Virus record (IMG/VR): IMGVR_UViG_2724679172_000001
Coordinates: 1-11,593 of that record
Origin: a virus
Taxonomy: Duplodnaviria > Heunggongvirae > Uroviricota > Caudoviricetes
DNA: 11,593 nucleotides
Reading direction: 5' to 3' (one strand)
The notes beneath the pieces are model-generated. The model was given only the letters and a program-made list of their open reading frames with translations, was not told where the DNA came from and searched no databases. Below are positions 7,061-11,593 of this stretch, in pieces (the stretch's first letter is position 1; each line of letters opens with the position of its first letter). The translations under genes and the position numbers were made by a program.

Positions 7061-7270
7061 TATTCCTACTCGATTTAGTTTTCTAACATAAAATTACTAT
7101 GACAAATTTATGTCGAATAACAGGGTGAGTAAAGGATCGAACTGTGATTTTTTGTCATCAATTTTAGAAAACCAACCGTAGAAACCACACTTCGCAAATT
7201 AAAGACCATGAAGGCAACGTGTTACTGGTCATCATCAATCTATGATGGATTAAAAAAAATCGGCATTTTA

Positions 7271-7302
7271 TAACTTTAAATAATTGGCATTATTTAAAGT
7301 TA
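7271..7302. other. rox-type recombination target site for the adjacent Dre recombinase (14-bp inverted repeats around a 4-bp spacer)
   Basis: TAACTTTAAATAAT TGGC ATTATTTAAAGTTA: the right arm is the exact reverse complement of the left arm. The 32-bp sequence is the reverse complement of the rox site as I recall it (TAACTTTAAATAATGCCAATTATTTAAAGTTA). The outer ATAACTT also matches the loxP arm start. Lies ~150 bp upstream of the recombinase gene. Confidence 0.85.
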
Positions 7303-7311
7303 GGCTATAAT
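7284..7311 (+). promoter_or_regulatory. candidate sigma70-type promoter overlapping the rox site and reading toward dre
   Basis: -35 TTGGCA (7284-7289, spanning the rox spacer), 16-bp spacer, -10 TATAAT (7306-7311). Recombinase binding at rox would be expected to occlude it. Confidence 0.35.
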
Positions 7312-7454
7312 CATGGGTAGATGATCAGTGTTGACATTACTAAAAATACGTGTCTCGAATCAAAGGCTTGTATTTTGAAAATTAACTTGTAGCTACCCTG
7401 TCATTTTTATATTTTTCGCGTAGCGTCATCTGTATATAGAGGCGAAATAGTTTC

Positions 7455-8483
7455 ATGAGTGAATTAATTATCTCTGGCAGTTCCGGTGGTTTTCTGCGCA
7501 ACATTGGCAAAGAGTACCAGGAAGCCGCAGAAAACTTTATGCGGTTCATGAATGACCAGGGGGCTTACGCGCCGAATACTTTGCGCGATCTCCGGTTAGT
7601 GTTTCACTCCTGGGCGCGATGGTGCCACGCTCGCCAGCTCGCCTGGTTCCCGATCTCACCAGAGATGGCCCGCGAGTATTTTCTTCAGCTGCATGATGCT
7701 GATCTGGCTTCGACCACCATTGATAAGCACTACGCCATGCTTAACATGCTGCTTTCGCATTGTGGCCTTCCGCCACTTTCGGATGATAAAAGTGTTTCTC
7801 TGGCTATGCGGCGCATCCGGCGCGAAGCGGCAACGGAAAAAGGCGAACGAACAGGCCAGGCTATACCGCTGCGGTGGGACGATCTGAAACTGCTCGACGT
7901 CCTGTTGTCCAGGTCAGAACGGCTGGTGGACCTGCGTAACCGGGCTTTCCTCTTCGTTGCATACAATACGCTGATGCGAATGTCTGAAATCTCGCGTATT
8001 CGTGTAGGAGATCTGGACCAAACAGGTGACGCTGTCACGCTACATATTTCACACACGAAGACAATAACGACCGCCGCCGGGCTTGATAAGGTGCTTTCCC
8101 GTCGCACTACCGCAGTGCTGAATGACTGGCTGGATGTTTCCGGGCTTCGTGAATATCCTGACGCGGTGCTGTTCCCGCCGATACACCGTAGCAATAAAGC
8201 CAGGATTACGACAACTCCCCTTACTGCACCTGCAATGGAGAAAATATTCAGCGACGCCTGGGTGTTGCTGAATAAAAGGGATGCCGCGCCAAACAAAGGG
8301 AGATACCGGACGTGGACCGGGCATAGTGCTCGTGTCGGGGCCGCTATCGATATGGCTGAAAAGCAGGTGTCTATGGTGGAGATCATGCAGGAAGGAACCT
8401 GGAAGAAACCGGAAACACTTATGCGGTATCTGCGCCGTGGCGGCGTGTCTGTGGGGGCTAATAGCCGCTTGATGGATTCGTAA
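7455..8483 (+). CDS. dre: Cre-family tyrosine site-specific recombinase, Dre
   Basis: 342 aa. Aligns along its length with P1 Cre from memory (for example HSWARWCHARQLAWFP against RSWAAWCKLNNRKWFP; LSDDKSVSLAMRRIRRE against PSDSNAVSLVMRRIRKE; GHSARVGAAIDMA against GHSARVGAARDMA; catalytic Tyr in LMRYL). The N-terminus MSELIISGSSGGFLRNIGKEYQEAAENF matches Dre of phage D6 as I recall it. A perfect rox site lies upstream. Confidence 0.9.
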   Translation: MSELIISGSSGGFLRNIGKEYQEAAENFMRFMNDQGAYAPNTLRDLRLVFHSWARWCHARQLAWFPISPEMAREYFLQLHDADLASTTIDKHYAMLNMLLSHCGLPPLSDDKSVSLAMRRIRREAATEKGERTGQAIPLRWDDLKLLDVLLSRSERLVDLRNRAFLFVAYNTLMRMSEISRIRVGDLDQTGDAVTLHISHTKTITTAAGLDKVLSRRTTAVLNDWLDVSGLREYPDAVLFPPIHRSNKARITTTPLTAPAMEKIFSDAWVLLNKRDAAPNKGRYRTWTGHSARVGAAIDMAEKQVSMVEIMQEGTWKKPETLMRYLRRGGVSVGANSRLMDS

Positions 8484-8544
8484 ATTAAATTTCTAACACA
8501 TCTTTTTAGATTGATATCTTTGCTGTAAAGTACCCTCGCCTATT

Positions 8545-8901
8545 TTGGAGGGTGCTTTGCAGAGTCAAATCACGGAATCAAGACGCTTCACGGTGGATGG
8601 TTACACCGTAACCTTCGCCGCTGGTGTTAAGAACAGTCATGCTGTCGTTGTATTCGGCATCATGACCGGGCTTGAGGCCGTCCCTGTGTTTACCCTCGAA
8701 AAAAACTGGCGAAATCTGGAGGAAGCGGAAAGCTACGTCCGGAAAGTAACCATCATTGCCGCCGAAAAACTCCTGGCTCACTATCAGGAAAATTATCGCA
8801 CTATGGTCGAGAAAATTAATCTCGCTTTCACTCGCCCCACTACAGGCTTCATCGCACCGGAGACTAATACAGGTCGCTATCCTGCAAGGGGGCGTCGGTG
8901 A
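8545..8901 (+). CDS. hypothetical protein (up to 118 aa; start uncertain), first gene of the post-dre operon
   Basis: ORF in the track. The 8545 start is a TTG; an in-frame TTG at 8557 is preceded by GGAGGG (8547-8552); in-frame GTG at 8593 and ATG at 8662 are alternatives. Stop TGA at 8899-8901 overlaps the GTG start of the next ORF. Confidence 0.45.
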   Translation: MEGALQSQITESRRFTVDGYTVTFAAGVKNSHAVVVFGIMTGLEAVPVFTLEKNWRNLEEAESYVRKVTIIAAEKLLAHYQENYRTMVEKINLAFTRPTTGFIAPETNTGRYPARGRR

Positions 8902-9374
8902 AAAATTATTACCCATCTCTGAATTGTTACCCGTCTTCGTATCCGGAATTGTCCGGGAAGCTGTTAGCTCTATTGGCTAAATCACCAACTGAATGGTTTA
9001 AGCCTGTCGTTATCAATCCGCACTTCCTGGATTACGGATCTGTTCGCACTCGTAACGAACTCAAAAACCTGCTGGCGCATGGATTCATTCGACACCGTGC
9101 CGGGAAAGGCTATCAGTTAGCGATTTCGCCAGAAGAGGCCGTGCAGCTATTCGCATATCGTGACAGCCAGACAAAAGCTCGGGTAATAGCTCAAATACTT
9201 CATAACGGCAGCACCTATGCCCGCCAGTTTGGCGGCGACACGTCGCAGTTCTTGCGGGCGGTGCGATCGCTGGAGGAGCAAGGAGTTATTGAAAGTTCCT
9301 GTATTCCTGTTCCTACCGTTCCACATATCAAACGTCGGGTTTACACCTTCACGCAGAGAGCTAAAAAACAATGA
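8898..9374 (+). CDS. hypothetical protein (158 aa), possible winged-helix DNA-binding protein
   Basis: GTG start with RBS AGGGGG (8886-8891) at 6-nt spacing. Coupled both upstream (GTGA) and downstream (ATGA at 9371-9374). The region LSGKLLALLAKSP...GFIRHRAGKGYQLAISPEEAVQLF resembles MarR/winged-helix recognition helix plus wing; this is pattern-based, not verified. Confidence 0.5.
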   Translation: MKNYYPSLNCYPSSYPELSGKLLALLAKSPTEWFKPVVINPHFLDYGSVRTRNELKNLLAHGFIRHRAGKGYQLAISPEEAVQLFAYRDSQTKARVIAQILHNGSTYARQFGGDTSQFLRAVRSLEEQGVIESSCIPVPTVPHIKRRVYTFTQRAKKQ

Positions 9375-9865
9375 TTTACGTAAAAGTGAAACGCCTACAT
9401 CCGGCAGCAAAACTTCCAGCTTATGCCACCTCCGGATCGGCGGCGATGGATTTTGAGGCTGTTGAAATAAAACCATGTGTCGATAGCAATGGTGCAATTT
9501 CCTCAAGCTGGTGGGTGTACACCGGACTGGCTATGGAGATCCCGCCCGGCTGGTGTCTGAAACTCTATCCGCGTTCCGGATTGGGCTGCAAAAAACATAC
9601 TCGCCTGGCTAACTGCGTAGGAATTATCGACTCCGATTATCGCGGTGAAATCATGGCAAAACTGATTACAGATCCCGGTGGTGAAGGCGTTTGCCTCAAG
9701 CCAGGAATGGCGGTCATGCAAGGCATTTTTGAGCGTGTTGAACCGGTATCGCTGGTAGAAGTTGATGAACTCGATGAAACAGAGCGAGGCGCTGGTGGCT
9801 TTGGTAGCACATCGGAAGACCGCGTTGAAATCAAGCGTACACCGCTTCAGTACGCAAAGTTTTAA
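9371..9865 (+). CDS. dut: dUTP diphosphatase (trimeric dUTPase)
   Basis: The five canonical dUTPase motifs are present: GSAAMDF (I), YPRSGLG (II), GIIDSDYRGEI (III), MAVMQGIF (IV), RGAGGFGSTSE (V). Confidence 0.9.
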   Translation: MIYVKVKRLHPAAKLPAYATSGSAAMDFEAVEIKPCVDSNGAISSSWWVYTGLAMEIPPGWCLKLYPRSGLGCKKHTRLANCVGIIDSDYRGEIMAKLITDPGGEGVCLKPGMAVMQGIFERVEPVSLVEVDELDETERGAGGFGSTSEDRVEIKRTPLQYAKF

Positions 9866-9879
9866 GTAGAGGAAGGATT

Positions 9880-10542
9880 ATGGTCAGCACTTTTCAGGTG
9901 TTCCCCAAATACAAATGCCACAGCATCATTCGGGCATCGAAAATCAAAGATATTGTTATTGTCGGCAAAGCTTATGCGCCCATTTTTGGCAGTATCGAAG
10001 TCGTTGAGCCAAAAGGAATGACGCTTCGTGTTGATGGTGTGTTCTTGGAAAAATTCCGACCGCAAATAGGAGGATATCTCGTCACTGCTGAAAATGGCTA
10101 TCTGGTCTATGTGCCAGAGAAAGCATTTGAAAAATGCTATAGCCGGGTTAACGACGCCTCCGAAAATGGGGTATCGCTCAGCATTGAAGGTCACAATGGG
10201 GTGACATTCATTACAGCCAGGGACGTAACTATTTCTGCTGGCGGTATCGCTACTCTACAAGAAGAAATCGACCTTGAAGCAGCCGACTTTTCTGACGCGC
10301 TGATGTGGCTGAAGGATGGCAAGAAAGTTGCCCGGCGCGGGTGGAACGGCGAAAACCAATTCTGCTGGCTGGTTCCTGAAGGACAGTACCCGGCACGAAT
10401 GGAAGCCATTAAGGGATATTTCCCCGGCGATCTCGTTCCGTATGGTGCTTATTTCGCCTTAAAAAATGCACAAGGTGTAGTTGTTCCGTGGGTGCCTTCG
10501 GTAGGCGACTTACTGGCGTGTGACTGGTTTGTAGTGGAGTGA
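9880..10542 (+). CDS. two-domain protein (220 aa): N-terminal domain of unknown function plus C-terminal DUF2829/Tad2-like domain
   Basis: Strong RBS AGGAAGG before the ATG. C-terminal FSDALMWLKDGKKVARRGWNGENQF ... VVPWVPSVGDLLACDWFVVE fits the DUF2829 signature as I recall it (F-EAL-ALK-GKKV-R-GWNG ... LA-DW-IV) and is paralogous to the C-terminus of the 1657-2232 product. Confidence 0.65.
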   Translation: MVSTFQVFPKYKCHSIIRASKIKDIVIVGKAYAPIFGSIEVVEPKGMTLRVDGVFLEKFRPQIGGYLVTAENGYLVYVPEKAFEKCYSRVNDASENGVSLSIEGHNGVTFITARDVTISAGGIATLQEEIDLEAADFSDALMWLKDGKKVARRGWNGENQFCWLVPEGQYPARMEAIKGYFPGDLVPYGAYFALKNAQGVVVPWVPSVGDLLACDWFVVE

Positions 10543-10548
10543 TTTGAC

Positions 10549-11349
10549 ATGGAAAGCACCAAAACAATTCAATACCGCTTGCGTAATGGCCTGCTGGTGG
10601 CTGTTAACGCTGATATGTCACTGCCGTTTGACACGATAGAACGCACTATCATGACGTATCTCGGCTTTAATGAAGAGCTGAATGAAGAGCATGGCGTAGC
10701 TATATGGAGTGATGCAGAAAGCGGCGTTCATCGTTACATCACCGCCAGGGGCAAAGACTACTCTCTGGAAGAACTGTTTACCCTTGCACAGTCTTTCGAA
10801 TGTGTAGCATTAGACATGTTTAATGATCCTGCTATAGCGCAACGACTTATACGCGAGCTTGGACTATCCGTTACACCAATTATCTTTAAGAATGGCAGCC
10901 TGACTGGCACATGGCGCGTAGAACGCATCTCAAACTACCTTCCATATAACCGACAGTTAAATGGAGTAATCTCCGGCGTTAATCAGCCCGTAGCGTGTGA
11001 AAATGTAAACCTGGTTGCCGCTGTTTTGGCAACCGCATGTCGTGTTATCGGTTTGGCTAAACAGGCTTTTATTCATTTCCCAAATGGTGCAGAAGGTAGC
11101 GCAGAGATTATCGCGTGTGATTTCGAATTTACCTGGATGCTACGCGAATATCTGGACCAAACAGTGTTCCGCGCCGAAGAACTGGATATGTATATCACGT
11201 CAACGATTCCTGATGATGTGCGTGCTGAAGCAATCGCCACAGCAAGGGCCAAATGCCGTGCGGCGATTGCAGAGCAGGCCAAAGAAGAACCGTCCGATGA
11301 AGCCGTGGCTGATGTTGAAGCAGAGGTAGCGGAGGATGCTGACGCCTAA
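10549..11349 (+). CDS. hypothetical acidic protein (266 aa) with a poly-acidic C-terminal tail
   Basis: ORF with GGAG 9 nt upstream. By my hand count about 41 Asp+Glu against 22 Lys+Arg. C-terminus EEPSDEAVADVEAEVAEDADA. Last gene of the operon; followed by an intrinsic terminator. Confidence 0.6.
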   Translation: MESTKTIQYRLRNGLLVAVNADMSLPFDTIERTIMTYLGFNEELNEEHGVAIWSDAESGVHRYITARGKDYSLEELFTLAQSFECVALDMFNDPAIAQRLIRELGLSVTPIIFKNGSLTGTWRVERISNYLPYNRQLNGVISGVNQPVACENVNLVAAVLATACRVIGLAKQAFIHFPNGAEGSAEIIACDFEFTWMLREYLDQTVFRAEELDMYITSTIPDDVRAEAIATARAKCRAAIAEQAKEEPSDEAVADVEAEVAEDADA

Positions 11350-11404
11350 AAACATCACCGAATTAGCTGGCTGACAGCAGAAAAAATCATTGAGTGATAG
11401 TAGG

Positions 11405-11434
11405 AAGCCCGCCTGGTTGAGCGGGCTTCTTTTC
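11405..11434 (+). terminator. intrinsic terminator closing the post-dre operon (also immediately downstream of the convergent doc gene)
   Basis: AAGCCCGC (11405-11412), loop CTGGTTGA, GCGGGCTT (11421-11428), followed by CTTTTC. 8-bp stem plus T-tract. Confidence 0.6.
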
Positions 11435-11593
11435 AAATATTGGAACCAAATAATTCACGTAGTTTTTCCGCTACTGAAGATACGGGGATTTCACCAGTTG
11501 CGGCCCCCACCGCAAGTTCCACCAGCACGGGAGAATCATATACCTGTATACCGTTACGGCGTAGAAATAGCAGCGCACTGTTTAGCGCGGTAC
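11433..11593 (-). CDS. doc: Doc toxin (Fic-family kinase of the phd-doc addiction module), C-terminal part; gene continues beyond the window end
   Basis: Reverse-strand translation reads ...TALNSALLFLRRNGIQVYDSPVLVELAVGAATGEIPVSSVAEKLRELFGSNI*, which matches the C-terminus of P1 Doc as I recall it (...TALNSALLFLRRNGVQVFDSPVLADLTVGAATGEISVSSVADTLRRLYGSAE). Stop is the reverse complement of 11433-11435. Truncated by the window edge, so absent from the ORF track. Confidence 0.8.
   Translation of the reverse strand, partial: TALNSALLFLRRNGIQVYDSPVLVELAVGAATGEIPVSSVAEKLRELFGSNI

Noticed and set aside
6087-7086. Plus-strand ORFs antisense to the 345-aa gene (6087-6335, 6503-6712, 6716-6907, 6777-6959, 6796-7086)
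   Set aside because: Short, Cys/Phe-rich or low-complexity translations antisense to a long, well-formed ORF; most parsimonious as shadow ORFs.
7208-7273. 21-codon ORF (MKATCYWSSSIYDGLKKIGIL) in the region between the 345-aa gene and dre, as a possible coi-like small gene
   Set aside because: Too short to support from sequence alone, no clear RBS, and it runs into the rox site.
7693-8472. ORFs overlapping dre in other frames or antisense (7693-7887 plus, 7730-8386 minus, 8049-8324 minus, 8281-8472 plus)
   Set aside because: dre is confidently identified by homology to Cre; the overlapping frames are Arg/Ser-rich shadow translations.
8578-11436. Antisense or alternate-frame ORFs across the post-dre operon (for example 8578-8916 minus, 9147-9506 minus, 9503-9721 minus, 9862-10194 minus, 11015-11329 plus, 11200-11436 minus)
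   Set aside because: They overlap the coupled plus-strand genes, including the motif-verified dUTPase, and lack their own translation signals.
1-11593. CRISPR arrays, rRNA genes, IS elements or transposases
   Set aside because: No regularly spaced direct repeats, no rRNA-like conserved segments and no transposase-like ORF were seen anywhere in the window.

Overview
This window reads as a segment of a P1-family temperate phage / phage-plasmid of the D6 type, not a chromosomal island. All calls are from reading the sequence and from remembered motifs; no database search or RNA-folding tool was run. The anchors are (i) a Cre-like tyrosine recombinase (7455-8483) that I recognise as Dre, preceded by a perfect 14-4-14 bp palindrome (7271-7302) matching the rox site as I recall it; (ii) a PacA/PacB-like terminase pair (3122-5994) with a GATC-hexamer cluster inside pacA that resembles a P1-type pac site; (iii) two tRNA genes (56-142 class II Ser-like; 1128-1203 CAU anticodon, Ile2/Met-like) next to a TerB-family gene, as in the P1 tciA/tRNA region; and (iv) the 3' end of a Doc-like toxin gene on the minus strand at the window edge. 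Around these sit accessory genes of unknown function. The candidates most worth follow-up are a tightly coupled five-gene operon downstream of dre (unknown, winged-helix-like, dUTPase, a fusion protein with a C-terminal DUF2829/Tad2-like domain, and a strongly acidic protein); a second protein (1657-2232) carrying a paralogous C-terminal DUF2829-like domain; and a 345-aa minus-strand gene sitting where P1 has c1-coi-imcBA. No CRISPR array, rRNA, transposase or IS element was seen.
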